From the NCBI GenBank assembly GCA_964400685.1, contig CAYNVT010000002.1, positions 25,870-89,869 on the forward strand: DNA of 64,000 nt, given 5' to 3'. The stretch comes from an uncultured Bacteriovoracaceae bacterium. Lineage in GTDB: Bacteria; Desulfobacterota; Desulfomonilia; UBA1062. Positions within the stretch are counted from its first letter, which is position 1. Every line of letters starts with the position of its first letter. Shown piece by piece: positions 1 through 10,189 of this stretch. Below the pieces are notes generated by a model, which worked only from the letters and a program-made list of their open reading frames with translations, did no database searches and was not told the origin of the DNA. A program made the translations under genes and the position numbers.

Positions 1-624
1 TTGAGTAAGGATATCCTATTGGTGTCAAAACAGGATCGTGGTGAGATATTCGCTGTTTTCGATGGGATCAGCAGTGCTCCTAAGGGGATGAGTGCGGCTC
101 AGTATATGGCTGATCAATTGATTGAATTTTACCGGCAGACTGAAGAATATGGTCCTACCTGGGAAGGGCTTCAAAAACTATTATATAGCGGCAATCTGAG
201 CATATGTGAATGGGGGCTTATGCCCGGCACGGATAGACCCCTGGGTGGTTGTGCAGGTACTGTCGTATGGATCAAAGATAGTAATCTAACCGTGCTGCAT
301 GCAGGCGATACAATGGGAATATTGATTCGGGACGGGATCTCAGTACAACTCACAAGTTCTCATGAGCAAAAAGGGGCAATTTACCGCTATTTCGGGTTTG
401 GAAAAGGCCTCGTTATCGATGTGAATCATTACCAGGTCCAGGATGGTGATTTGATCCTGTTGTTTTCTGATGGAGTGACCAAGGTCTTCAGTCCAATGGA
501 AGCCGCCGACATAGTGATGAAATACGGGGATGCTGAAAAGGCCGTCTTCAGACTGGCCGATGAAACGCGCATGAAGGGTTCTACGGATGACATCACCGTT
601 ATTCTGGTAGAGATCGAGGAATAA
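1..624 (+). CDS. PP2C-family (SpoIIE-like) serine/threonine phosphatase, C-terminal part. The gene probably starts upstream of the window.
   Basis: Open from base 1. PP2C-like motifs: GGCAGTVVWIK, HAGDTMGIL, LLFSDGVTKVF, GSTDDITVILVEI. Confidence 0.6.
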   Translation: MSKDILLVSKQDRGEIFAVFDGISSAPKGMSAAQYMADQLIEFYRQTEEYGPTWEGLQKLLYSGNLSICEWGLMPGTDRPLGGCAGTVVWIKDSNLTVLHAGDTMGILIRDGISVQLTSSHEQKGAIYRYFGFGKGLVIDVNHYQVQDGDLILLFSDGVTKVFSPMEAADIVMKYGDAEKAVFRLADETRMKGSTDDITVILVEIEE

Positions 625-705
625 AATACGCCGTGTAGGATACCCAAAGCAACAAGGGCATGATTAATATTTCAAACCATAATATCTTAACGATTTACAC
701 AATGT

Positions 706-1998
706 GTGAGTAGTCAAATGAACAAGGGAATTTATGTTGCAGATAATCGGACGGTGTTTCATGAAGATACCGGCAAACTCTATTTTTTTAGCAAATCTTA
801 TGTCCAGGTCTTAAAAGGCTGGCCAAAACCGTGTGCCTGGATAAGAACTTATGAGACACCCCGTTGGACTCATTGCCGTCCATCTATTAAAATTCCCAAA
901 GGAAATCTGGAGGGGAAAATAAGGAAACTGTCCATGCCGTATAATCATCATGGTCAACTGCTTTTACCTGAATTTTATTATAAGAAAGAATTCAAGAAAT
1001 GGGAAGATCTGGCCTGGAACCGCTGGTATGATACCATCCCTCTCCATGTGCGGAAGTCAGTCAGCATCTATAGGGACCGGCAATGGCATATGCTGGAGTT
1101 TGTAGCATGTTGTGGCCCGGTGGCTTTGGATTTAATAAAAGCCAATCCTGCACTGGCATATGCCCTGGCGTCAAACTGGGTATTCCATAAACCGCAGATG
1201 AATCAACCGTTGCGCTTCGCCCAGGAACTTTTGAAAGCAGGCAAAAATCAGCGTGATGTTCTTGCATGGCTGGGTTTCCAGCCATCAGAGCAAATCCGCA
1301 GAATTCTCAGGAAGATAGTAGCCCGATCTGTCAGCATAGGTTCCCTGCTATCTTTACGGCAAAGGCTTCAGGATGACAGAGTCGTAAAAACCCTCAGTCA
1401 TCTGGACCGAATCAACAGAGGAGTTATCAGGATCATAATAGACCCTGAACTATTCAGATTTGTCTCACCTGTATTTCTTCATGAACTGTCCCAGAGCAAA
1501 AACGAAGACAGAAAAGCTACCACTGCATGGGTTTTAAGACACTTTAAAGGAGTGTATGAATATATTCTTTCATCGAATAGAAAATTTCCAGTATTGAATT
1601 CTTTAAAAAAACTGGATGAATTCTGTATTATGATTCAGAATAAAGTATGTAAAATTCAAAGCGGTAAAATCGATGTCGCATTTCCACCTCCACCCGTTGC
1701 CGGAACACCAAGCATAATTCCTTTCGTCAACTCACATGAATTGATTGAAGAAGGAGTTCTGCAAAAAAACTGTGTAGCAGACTATATTGGAAATGTTGCG
1801 TTTGATAAAAATATGTACCTTTACAAAATCCTTTCTCCTGAAAGATGCACTCTTTCATTGGAGAAGAACGGCTCCCAATGGAAGATCGGACAACTGGCCC
1901 GGGCATGCAACAGAGCGCCTTCAATTGAAACCATATCTTTTGTTAAGACTTGGCTTAAGGAAAATACCGCAAAAGAAGTTCTGCATGATAATCTATAA
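706..1998 (+). CDS. hypothetical protein (430 aa)
   Basis: Long ORF with no recognisable motif. Start uncertain: GTG at 706 or ATG at 718. Confidence 0.5.
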   Translation: MSSQMNKGIYVADNRTVFHEDTGKLYFFSKSYVQVLKGWPKPCAWIRTYETPRWTHCRPSIKIPKGNLEGKIRKLSMPYNHHGQLLLPEFYYKKEFKKWEDLAWNRWYDTIPLHVRKSVSIYRDRQWHMLEFVACCGPVALDLIKANPALAYALASNWVFHKPQMNQPLRFAQELLKAGKNQRDVLAWLGFQPSEQIRRILRKIVARSVSIGSLLSLRQRLQDDRVVKTLSHLDRINRGVIRIIIDPELFRFVSPVFLHELSQSKNEDRKATTAWVLRHFKGVYEYILSSNRKFPVLNSLKKLDEFCIMIQNKVCKIQSGKIDVAFPPPPVAGTPSIIPFVNSHELIEEGVLQKNCVADYIGNVAFDKNMYLYKILSPERCTLSLEKNGSQWKIGQLARACNRAPSIETISFVKTWLKENTAKEVLHDNL

Positions 1999-2158
1999 GA
2001 CATCGATTAAATCTCCACATACTATGATGAGAAATTGAACTGAATGAGCTTCGGCTGAAAACCAAGAACTGTTAAATTTGGTACAAGTTTTGTCAAGATT
2101 TCCGTCAAAGGTCGTCTTTTAAAATAATGGATCGACAATCAATAATGGAGGAAAATTT

Positions 2159-2881
2159 ATGAAGCTGGTTTTTAAGCGTGTGCAGAATATTAAGAAAAAT
2201 ATTAAGATATTTTACAGCCTTCTTATCGCCACTTGCCTTATTTTGAGCGCATGTTCCCATGTACCTGAAAGACATGTTCAAAGAGATGAAACGGCTTCAA
2301 AAAACATATTTGTTTCAGAGAAAGATCCGGATATCACCATCAAGCCGAACAGTGACTTTATTTATATCGGGAGCAAGGAGCTTTATGACAAGGGCAGCAG
2401 AGACACACAGTATGTTGAGAAGATGGAACAGTACACTTACATCTACGTTTCACAGGGAAAAGCAAAAAGAATACTGGTAGTCAAATTCTGTACCATAATT
2501 GATGACAGCTATACGTTTTTATCAGATTTCTTTTCATTCAGAATTAAAGGGATACTGGCCAGAGGAACCGAACTCTTGAGCGACGGAAACAAATACGGGT
2601 ATTGTATCGGAACCATGACCTCGGAATATGATGATACTTCTATGGCTCTTGTTGAAAAGGGCTATCTGCTTCCTGAGTGCCTGATGGTCAAAGAGATGGG
2701 TAGGATATATTCAGAAAAGTACGACAAAAAAATCCTCATTTCATATTACGAAGATATAGATGACACCGGAATAGACTGCAGCGACTGGCAGTGGGGCCTA
2801 GGATCAAAAGAAAAGAAGTACTTTATCGAAGGTTTCATCAAAAGAAGCAAAGAGGCTTTTTATATAGCCAACAAAGATTAG
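2159..2881 (+). CDS. putative lipoprotein (240 aa)
   Basis: RBS GGAGGAAAAtttATG. N-terminal hydrophobic signal with lipobox-like LILSAC. Confidence 0.6.
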   Translation: MKLVFKRVQNIKKNIKIFYSLLIATCLILSACSHVPERHVQRDETASKNIFVSEKDPDITIKPNSDFIYIGSKELYDKGSRDTQYVEKMEQYTYIYVSQGKAKRILVVKFCTIIDDSYTFLSDFFSFRIKGILARGTELLSDGNKYGYCIGTMTSEYDDTSMALVEKGYLLPECLMVKEMGRIYSEKYDKKILISYYEDIDDTGIDCSDWQWGLGSKEKKYFIEGFIKRSKEAFYIANKD

Positions 2882-3166
2882 AAATAAGGCTGTTTGCTGA
2901 CTTCGGATTCAATTTCGAAATCTATCAGCAAAAGAGCGTAAGGTATGACATGATGAGAAGTGCTGAGATGAAATCGATATCTGCTTTTCACAAAAAAGAA
3001 AGATCGATGGTTCAGAGTAGATCACAGCAATGCAACATATGAATCTTCAAGCAAAATTAATTATAATTAAAAGGAAATGCTATTGAAAATGAATTAAGTT
3101 TACTGTAGCGTAAAATTATATTGTTAAATGAATTAGATCAGTGAATCGATTAGGGCGGAGGTAATT

Positions 3167-3352
3167 ATGTCGGATTATTCAAGTTGTCCCAATTGCGGTC
3201 GCAAAGCCAGGAATGCAATTTCGAGCAATTATTTCCTTGTGTCCAAGTGCAAAGATTGCGGGAAAGTTTATTGCAAGGAGTGCGGCGGAAGTCACTGTCC
3301 TTCATGCGGTTCATCAAAATCGAGCGAAACCGGTAAAGTGTATGCGAAATAG
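3167..3352 (+). CDS. small zinc-ribbon protein (61 aa) with four CxxC pairs
   Basis: RBS GGCGGAGGtaattATG. Motifs: CPNCG, CKDCG, CKECG, CPSCG. Confidence 0.55.
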   Translation: MSDYSSCPNCGRKARNAISSNYFLVSKCKDCGKVYCKECGGSHCPSCGSSKSSETGKVYAK

Positions 3353-3654
3353 TACATCTATTTACAATCTCTAACTCGGGCTATGGATACTATAATCAAA
3401 AAGAAGAGCTTATGATTCCAATAGAGAAAGATCCATTCAGAGTAAGAGGAGATAACGATTTCCCATATCATGCATGCTGTGCATGTTGCGGCCACATGAT
3501 AATTCAAATTAGTGGCCACTTTTGGTGTGAGCAATATAGAGATGATGTTGACGCAGACCATGTTTGTAAAAGATGGACACAAAAATAAAATAAATTTCAC
3601 AAAAGATAATATGGCTTAGATTAATATCAGATATGGTTTTAAAGGAGATTATAT

Positions 3655-4098
3655 ATGTATTCCTGGGATATGAATAAGCACTTATGGCAAGACGAAAAAG
3701 CCTTTAAAGGTTTTGAAATTGCAGTTGTAGGTATGAGTAAAGCTTCCTTGGATAACCCTTTTGATTTTAAAATGATTGCCGATATTTTGGATGGAATTAT
3801 GCAATCATATGAAACAAAATATGGTCCCATTGAAGATCCGATCTTCTTTTGGTATTTTGCAACAAGCAATGCCTTTTTCCTTCAAACAGGAAAGAAGTTT
3901 GATGAGCTTGGACGAGCACGAATTGCCTATATAATGAATGGATATAAAGAAGGTCTAACCAAACATTTGCTATACCCTTCATATACCAAAGTTATGATGG
4001 ATGTAATTTTTGAGAATGTGGAACAATTTGCTAACGATCATGATAATGTCTGGTTTTCAAGTAATAAACATAAGTTTGTTCCTATTCCTGATAAATAA
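3655..4098 (+). CDS. hypothetical protein (147 aa)
   Basis: RBS AAAGGAGAttatatATG. AT-rich ORF. Confidence 0.5.
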   Translation: MYSWDMNKHLWQDEKAFKGFEIAVVGMSKASLDNPFDFKMIADILDGIMQSYETKYGPIEDPIFFWYFATSNAFFLQTGKKFDELGRARIAYIMNGYKEGLTKHLLYPSYTKVMMDVIFENVEQFANDHDNVWFSSNKHKFVPIPDK

Positions 4099-4119
4099 CC
4101 TAATTAAAGAGGCCAAGAA

Positions 4120-4332
4120 ATGAGCGAGAAGGAATTCAAGCAGACTTGCCCAGTATGTGGGAAAAAATCCGAAGAGGTTTATTATTGTAGTCGTTGTGAA
4201 CGATATTGGTGTCTATCTCTACGATGCCCTACAGCACCAAACCCATTAATTATGAAATACGGTTCATGGGAATTTAACTCTATTCGTAACTGTCCAAGGT
4301 GTAGGGATAGAGGACACGTTTATCTTAAGTGA
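4120..4332 (+). CDS. small zinc-ribbon protein (70 aa)
   Basis: RBS AAGAGGccaagaaATG. Motifs: CPVCG, CSRCE, CPRCRDRG. Confidence 0.55.
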   Translation: MSEKEFKQTCPVCGKKSEEVYYCSRCERYWCLSLRCPTAPNPLIMKYGSWEFNSIRNCPRCRDRGHVYLK

Positions 4333-4438
4333 CATGAAAAACATATTAAGCTCAACCTACTCGCTAATACAACTAGATAATTATTTGTTTTAGGTTGACA
4401 TGATATTTGAAAATATCACCTATTAAAGGAGATTGTAA

Positions 4439-4798
4439 ATGAAGATAAAACTTAGTCAAGTTGAGCCTTTTAGCGCTCCTCATATAGATAAACATCAAGC
4501 TGCACTATTTTCAGCTCATTTGACACCGTCAGATACATTCGACTTTAATGGTGATAAAATACCAAAAAGTATGTTGCTACATACCCTGAAATTTAATCTT
4601 CCAAGACATAGTTTTGCACATGGATACTTGTTATCCATAGATGTTGATAGATTCATACAAATTTGCGAGACTGGAGTATATAAATCAATGGGTGAAATTC
4701 TACAAATCTATGTAATCGGTGCCATTGAGATCGAATATGGTGGCGAAATGTCTGATACTAAAATTCGAGCAAAAAGTTTAAAACTAAATCTACAATAA
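4439..4798 (+). CDS. hypothetical protein (119 aa)
   Basis: RBS AAAGGAGAttgtaaATG. Confidence 0.5.
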   Translation: MKIKLSQVEPFSAPHIDKHQAALFSAHLTPSDTFDFNGDKIPKSMLLHTLKFNLPRHSFAHGYLLSIDVDRFIQICETGVYKSMGEILQIYVIGAIEIEYGGEMSDTKIRAKSLKLNLQ

Positions 4799-4842
4799 AG
4801 AAGACCAGCATTTAGCGAAACTATTCTTCGAAAGGAGATAAT

Positions 4843-5295
4843 ATGGACCTTGAATTAGTTGAAGATATTATTGAGTGGCTCAGGGAGTATGAATTTAAAA
4901 TAGATATTGTTAAAAAGGGAGTATTATATAACCTGTATTATAATCTACAAAATCCAGATAAAAAATACGAATTGGAATTCTATAAAGTTGACGAGGCAGG
5001 TACTCTCGGTCTAAAAATTCAATGGCACTATGGCAAAGTAGTAGATTTAAAAGCAACATTATTTTGCCTAACTCTAAACTGTACACTCTTTAAAGATAGC
5101 GGACCTTTATTCGCCGGATTTTTACCAATGTCTGATAAAAGCGTGGATTTTATGCTGGTCGGACAGATGATCTTTTCTCCAAATACTCCACCAGAGGAGG
5201 TTGCAACACTACTTTTTTTTAATGCATTCATGAATTATCTCTTTTTAGATATTAATATACCAGGTGTCCGGCTATATCCATTCAAGAAGGATTAA
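4843..5295 (+). CDS. hypothetical protein (150 aa)
   Basis: RBS AAAGGAGAtaatATG. Confidence 0.5.
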   Translation: MDLELVEDIIEWLREYEFKIDIVKKGVLYNLYYNLQNPDKKYELEFYKVDEAGTLGLKIQWHYGKVVDLKATLFCLTLNCTLFKDSGPLFAGFLPMSDKSVDFMLVGQMIFSPNTPPEEVATLLFFNAFMNYLFLDINIPGVRLYPFKKD

Positions 5296-5300
5296 ATATC

Positions 5301-5438
5301 ATGGCTATTTATAAGTGCAAGGATTGTCCTTTTTTTGAAAAAAAGGGGTCGTGGCCTGGCACGACTTTTTATTGTAACAAGTTCCACACAAAAGTCGATT
5401 ACAATAAATCCGCCTGTTCCGATATGAAAGGTAAATAG
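5301..5438 (+). CDS. possible Cys-rich mini-protein (45 aa)
   Basis: Below the ORF-track cutoff, found by reading. Sequence MAIYKCKDCPFFEKKGSWPGTTFYCNKFHTKVDYNKSACSDMKGK with CxxC ... C ... C spacing. Weak AAGGAT RBS. Confidence 0.3.
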   Translation: MAIYKCKDCPFFEKKGSWPGTTFYCNKFHTKVDYNKSACSDMKGK

Positions 5439-5556
5439 ATCGATGATTACGCTGGTGTGATCATTTTTCGTGGGCATATATGAAGGGTAAACTTATGCAC
5501 CCTCTTAAAAAAAAGCCGGGGTCCATAGAGTGTACGACTATGGGGATTGATGCAAT

Positions 5557-5868
5557 ATGATAGAAATTACTGGCGAAGTAGATCAAAAAGAAAGAAGTCA
5601 GATGATGAGACCTGGGGTTGTTAAGCCGGATCCCAAGGAATTCACACATATTCCTGTCTTTCGCCTTCGGATTTTGACCTCTTCCGGAAAGTTAGTACAG
5701 GTATTGTATAAAGGCGAACCGCCGGGTGATGCTGATATCGGGCATGAAGTTAAAGTGAAAGGGGTAGAGAGAGGTGGTATTATCCACGCAAGGAGTATTT
5801 TCAATTTAACAACAGACTCATGGGTAACAGCGCCCCCCGGACTTTTACAAAAACTCTTCGGAGACTAA
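5557..5868 (+). CDS. hypothetical protein (103 aa)
   Basis: ORF immediately upstream of the large ATPase, with a 9-nt gap. Weak RBS. Confidence 0.4.
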   Translation: MIEITGEVDQKERSQMMRPGVVKPDPKEFTHIPVFRLRILTSSGKLVQVLYKGEPPGDADIGHEVKVKGVERGGIIHARSIFNLTTDSWVTAPPGLLQKLFGD

Positions 5869-5877
5869 ATCAGTATT

Positions 5878-8800
5878 ATGGGAATATACGATAAACAAGC
5901 TCCAGATGATGACGTGACTAGCGCTGTTCAGATATTGGAGAGGAGGGACCTTGATCTCGTCACCGATATTGATCTGCACAGTTATACCGGATCAGGAAGT
6001 TCTGCTGCCTGGGAAGGGGCGCAGTTTGAATTTTTGAAAGTGAAGGCCATTTCAAGGTCACTTGCAGATAAAAAGTCTGATGTTGAGCGTTACTTGATGG
6101 AAGATGTCTTGTCTGGACTGAACGGTCTGAAAGCTCCTTTTGTTTATTTAATAATAGGGTCAGAATTGAAGGTTAGTATTTACCTTGGGATTTTAAATAA
6201 ATCTATGACCAAAACTTCTGTTCCCCTTCATCTTGATATGCTTTCAAGTTCGTTGCAGAGCACATTTCCTGACATAGAGCTTGAGGCGTTGAGTAAATAT
6301 GATGTTGATAGTAACATTGTGCAATTTATTCAAAAGTGCCGGTATTATGGCATAATGACCGGAGTTCCAACAGCAAAAATCGGAGTAGAAGAACATGGAA
6401 TCGAACAGATTGAGCGGTTGTTGAGAGGACTATACCGACAGGAATTTGGGTATATGATAATTGCAGATCCTGTTAATGATATTGATGTAATCAAGTCATT
6501 TGATGACATAGCAAATATTATCAGGGAAAAATCTCCATTAATAAAGGAATCAAAGCAAGTTAGTCAGTCATCAAGAGTTACTGTGAGCGGAGAATCGCTC
6601 AACAGATCAGTGCAATATTATGTGGAATTGCTTGAGGCACTGCTTGGAAAGTTACAATTGGCTAAAGCTCAGGGCATGTGGCGGACAATGGCTTATTATT
6701 TCTCCCCAAGCCATGCAACAACAGCCAAGATGAGCACTTTGCTGAGAACTGTGTTCAGTGGAGAAGAGTCAGTCCCTGAAGCGATTCGTACTATTGCTCT
6801 AACAAACAAGAATCCATCAGCAATCCTTACTCAATTCAGGCAGATTGAACTTGATTTGAACTCTCATACGGCATCTTCAGCAGATCATCCATTGCAAAAG
6901 ATAATAAAACACAAATTTGCATCAATCCTGAATTCCCGTGATCTAGCCACACTGACACACCTTCCAAAGGAAGAGATGCCTGGATATGACGTCAAGGATA
7001 CTGCGAGATTCGGTGTCTGTCTACCTGACAGGAGCTCTGCAGATACTCTTACTATTGGCGAGATAATAGATCGTGGCAGCGGTACAGGTAATCATTATGG
7101 CGTTTATGTACAAGAATTAGTTAAGCATGGTTTAATAGCAGGCGTGACTGGTAGTGGTAAGACTAATACCTGTCTGAATCTTATCAGTAGGCTATGGAAG
7201 AATGGTAATTCTGGAGTGCCGTTTTTGGTTATAGAACCTGCAAAAGCCGAATATCGATCTCTATTGAATATAGAAGGGTATGAAGACCTGCAGGTATTCA
7301 CTCTCGGGGATGAGATGACTTCTCCTTTCAGACTGAATCCCTTTGAGATAATGGAAGGGGTAAAACTTCAAACACACATAGATAACCTCAGGGCGGTTTT
7401 TAATGCAAGTTTTGTCATGTATGCCCCGATGCCATATGTTCTCGAGAGGTGCATCCATGAAGTATATAAAGATAAAGGATGGGATTTGACCACCAACCTG
7501 AATAGATCTTCTGGAACTACTGATAGAAGTCCTTATGGGGTATTCCCAACACTGACTGATCTCTATGAGAAAATCGATCCTGTAGTTGATGCCATGGGAT
7601 ATGAAGACAGACTGACGATGGATATTAAAGCTGGATTAAAAGCCAGGATCGGAAGCCTGAGAATAGGAGGGAAAGGTTCGATGCTTGATTCTTCTCTGTC
7701 TATTCCCATGGACAACTTATTGAATAAACCCACGATCCTCGAACTTCAGAGTATAGGGGATGATGAGGAAAAAGCATTTATCATGGGACTTTTGATAGCA
7801 AGGCTTTATGAATACAGGGAAATTGAAAGCAAAAGAAAAGGAAACAATGCCGGATTGAAACATGTCACCCTCATAGAAGAGGCACATAGATTGTTAACTA
7901 AAGCCTCCACGGATTTCGGCAATCTTGAGAACGTAAGCACAAAGGCAAAGGCTGTTGAGACCTTCTGCAATATTCTTTCTGAGATCAGAGCCTTTGGAGA
8001 AGGCATTTTAATTGCTGAGCAGATACCTTCAAAACTAGCCCAGGACGCAATCAAGAATACAAATCTCAAGATCATGCACCGGATTGTTGCTAAGGATGAC
8101 CGTGACCTGATGGGTGACACCATGAATCTTAATGAACAGCAGAACAAGTTCATTTCGATCATGGCCAAGGGTGAAGCAGCTGTTTTTTCAGAAGGGTTTA
8201 ATGAGCCTTTCCTGGTTAGAGTATCACATTACCAGTCATCGTCAAAAAAGATAAATCCTAAGGTTGACAGCATACAGGATAAGGATGTCAGCCGGTTTAT
8301 GGCAAATAAACTGAGAACACTTGATAATGTATTGGGCAGGCACAGCGGCTGCAAACAATGTCAGTATAAATGTGCTTATAGAGATACTGCAAATCATCTT
8401 CTTTCAAGTCAAGAACTTATCAGTTATTTTTGCAAATTCATATTTGCGATAATAGAAAAGCCAGACAGTTTAACAACTGTTTTCCCACCTTTCAGAGATG
8501 CCGTATTGATAGATTTAAGAGATTCATTACAGAAAGAAGAAGAAGTTAATGAGATCATGTTCTGCTTCCTGATAAATGCGGGTGAATCTTATATTCGTGA
8601 AAAGGGAAGGAAGTATGATCTAGCCTCGAAATATTTATTCGCTTTATTTAATACCTATAACAATTTTATAAATTCCTATTTTGCAATTCCTGTGAAGACA
8701 CAGTTATCAGATGATACCAGAAGGTATCTTAATGTATTCCAGAGATGTTATAGAGAAAGTTTTGCAACTGAAAATGGTCCCTTTCCTGGGTGCAACGAGT

Positions 8801-9093
8801 TTTGTAAAAACAGGTGCTTTTTTAAGTATGATGTTGAACCACTTATTAAGGATAATCTAAAAGACAAAGAATACAAAGAAATTATAAGGATCAAAGACTT
8901 AAAACAGGCTAAAGCAAGACTTAGGGAATACTGTATTGAAACTGCCCGAAATATGACTCTGGGTAATAACGGTAATAGCCCTGATTTTGTGGAGAATATT
9001 GCACTCTGCTTTTTTATACAGAAATCAGTCAAGGATAGAATGGATAAAGTTTTGGATAATGTGAAAAATTGGTTTTTTAACATAAAGGATTAA
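5878..9093 (+). CDS. large HerA/FtsK-superfamily (DUF87-like) P-loop ATPase with Cys-rich C-terminal region (1071 aa)
   Basis: Walker A GVTGSGKTNT. Walker B/DEAH-like VTLIEEAHRLL. C-terminal cysteine clusters CKQCQYKCAYRD and CNEFCKNRCFF. Confidence 0.7.
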   Translation: MGIYDKQAPDDDVTSAVQILERRDLDLVTDIDLHSYTGSGSSAAWEGAQFEFLKVKAISRSLADKKSDVERYLMEDVLSGLNGLKAPFVYLIIGSELKVSIYLGILNKSMTKTSVPLHLDMLSSSLQSTFPDIELEALSKYDVDSNIVQFIQKCRYYGIMTGVPTAKIGVEEHGIEQIERLLRGLYRQEFGYMIIADPVNDIDVIKSFDDIANIIREKSPLIKESKQVSQSSRVTVSGESLNRSVQYYVELLEALLGKLQLAKAQGMWRTMAYYFSPSHATTAKMSTLLRTVFSGEESVPEAIRTIALTNKNPSAILTQFRQIELDLNSHTASSADHPLQKIIKHKFASILNSRDLATLTHLPKEEMPGYDVKDTARFGVCLPDRSSADTLTIGEIIDRGSGTGNHYGVYVQELVKHGLIAGVTGSGKTNTCLNLISRLWKNGNSGVPFLVIEPAKAEYRSLLNIEGYEDLQVFTLGDEMTSPFRLNPFEIMEGVKLQTHIDNLRAVFNASFVMYAPMPYVLERCIHEVYKDKGWDLTTNLNRSSGTTDRSPYGVFPTLTDLYEKIDPVVDAMGYEDRLTMDIKAGLKARIGSLRIGGKGSMLDSSLSIPMDNLLNKPTILELQSIGDDEEKAFIMGLLIARLYEYREIESKRKGNNAGLKHVTLIEEAHRLLTKASTDFGNLENVSTKAKAVETFCNILSEIRAFGEGILIAEQIPSKLAQDAIKNTNLKIMHRIVAKDDRDLMGDTMNLNEQQNKFISIMAKGEAAVFSEGFNEPFLVRVSHYQSSSKKINPKVDSIQDKDVSRFMANKLRTLDNVLGRHSGCKQCQYKCAYRDTANHLLSSQELISYFCKFIFAIIEKPDSLTTVFPPFRDAVLIDLRDSLQKEEEVNEIMFCFLINAGESYIREKGRKYDLASKYLFALFNTYNNFINSYFAIPVKTQLSDDTRRYLNVFQRCYRESFATENGPFPGCNEFCKNRCFFKYDVEPLIKDNLKDKEYKEIIRIKDLKQAKARLREYCIETARNMTLGNNGNSPDFVENIALCFFIQKSVKDRMDKVLDNVKNWFFNIKD

Positions 9094-9125
9094 ATCTTAA
9101 ATTAAGAGTTAGGGAGGGAATAGGT

Positions 9126-10013
9126 ATGAAAGATGTTCCTCAAACTGATGAAACACCAGAAAAAGAGATTGCTCAACCACCTGAAAAGCAGCTCGATACA
9201 TATGATAATTTAAGAACAGATGACAATTCAGGACGAACTGAAACCTATGATGATCTGAGAGAAACCGGCGATGGGAAACAGATGAGCACATATGACGATT
9301 TACGGGCAGAGGACGAAGTAACAGAAAAAAAAGACTCAAAATCTGACGCTGACTCCTTAAAAATTAATAGGCATGAAATAGTTGAACAGCGAAGAATAGA
9401 TCAGGCTGCTGAGGACATCAAGCAAAATGAATGGATGAATCCCCAAAAATGGAAAACATTGAATGTCGACGATCAGAGACAAGCTCTCGAAGACTGTGGA
9501 AAATCCCTTGGAAAAGCATATGACCACCCCGAACCGCCAATCATAACCAAAGATTTGAACAATCCAAATTTACAAGGCACTTATGGAGATGGTTACTCAT
9601 ATCGTCCGGAAAGTCCTTATGCTGACAAGAATGGAGTTACTGGCGCTGACTATGGCATAGAAATAAATGAAAATAGCAGGAAGGATCTTTTTGGTGAAGA
9701 TCCACGGAAGGCTGTTGAGACCTACGGACATGAGTTCAGGCATTCATATCAGCATGAACAGGCATTACGTTACGAAAAAGGGTTCGGAGTTGATGATCCT
9801 GAAAAGGCTAAAGAATGGTCGGAAAATTTTAAGGACAATAACTATAAAAATGCGCCGGATGCTGAATTAGCAAAAAGTGATCCTGAAAAATATTATAAGA
9901 AGTATGAGGAATACAGAAATCAGCCGGTGGAAAGCGATGCTCGAGAATTTGGAAGAAAATTATCTTCCAGTGTTTATTCGGATTACGAAAACATTGAGAA
10001 GGAAGAAAAGTGA
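9126..10013 (+). CDS. acidic hypothetical protein with tandem TYDDLR-type repeats (295 aa)
   Basis: RBS GAGGGAAtaggtATG. Three degenerate repeats: TYDNLRTDDNSGR, TETYDDLRETGDG, MSTYDDLRAEDEV. Confidence 0.55.
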   Translation: MKDVPQTDETPEKEIAQPPEKQLDTYDNLRTDDNSGRTETYDDLRETGDGKQMSTYDDLRAEDEVTEKKDSKSDADSLKINRHEIVEQRRIDQAAEDIKQNEWMNPQKWKTLNVDDQRQALEDCGKSLGKAYDHPEPPIITKDLNNPNLQGTYGDGYSYRPESPYADKNGVTGADYGIEINENSRKDLFGEDPRKAVETYGHEFRHSYQHEQALRYEKGFGVDDPEKAKEWSENFKDNNYKNAPDAELAKSDPEKYYKKYEEYRNQPVESDAREFGRKLSSSVYSDYENIEKEEK

Positions 10014-10189
10014 ACATCGAAACTTTATGGCATTTATTGATATTATGAAAAATGTAAAATTGTTGACGATCTTCTTGATCATGAAGATTCACTTTATTGG
10101 GAAAACATATCTATGGGGGATACAATTAAATGGATGACTGCTTTCTAATCTCAAGTGAGCTGGATCACTATATTTTCAAGGAGGAATGA

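Noticed and set aside
2259-3042. Small ORFs 2259-2480 and 2791-3042
   Set aside because: They are embedded in or overlap the lipoprotein gene in other frames. They have no RBS and low-complexity translations.
5351-5370. TGGCAC-N5-TTATTG as a sigma54 promoter
   Set aside because: The -12 element lacks the conserved GC. It lies inside a predicted mini-ORF.
7104-8168. Antisense ORFs inside large genes (e.g. 7104-7301-, 7806-8168-, 35110-35688-, 39277-40141+, 62292-63345+)
   Set aside because: They lie wholly within strongly supported genes on the opposite strand or frame, with no RBS or motifs. This is typical of random ORFs.
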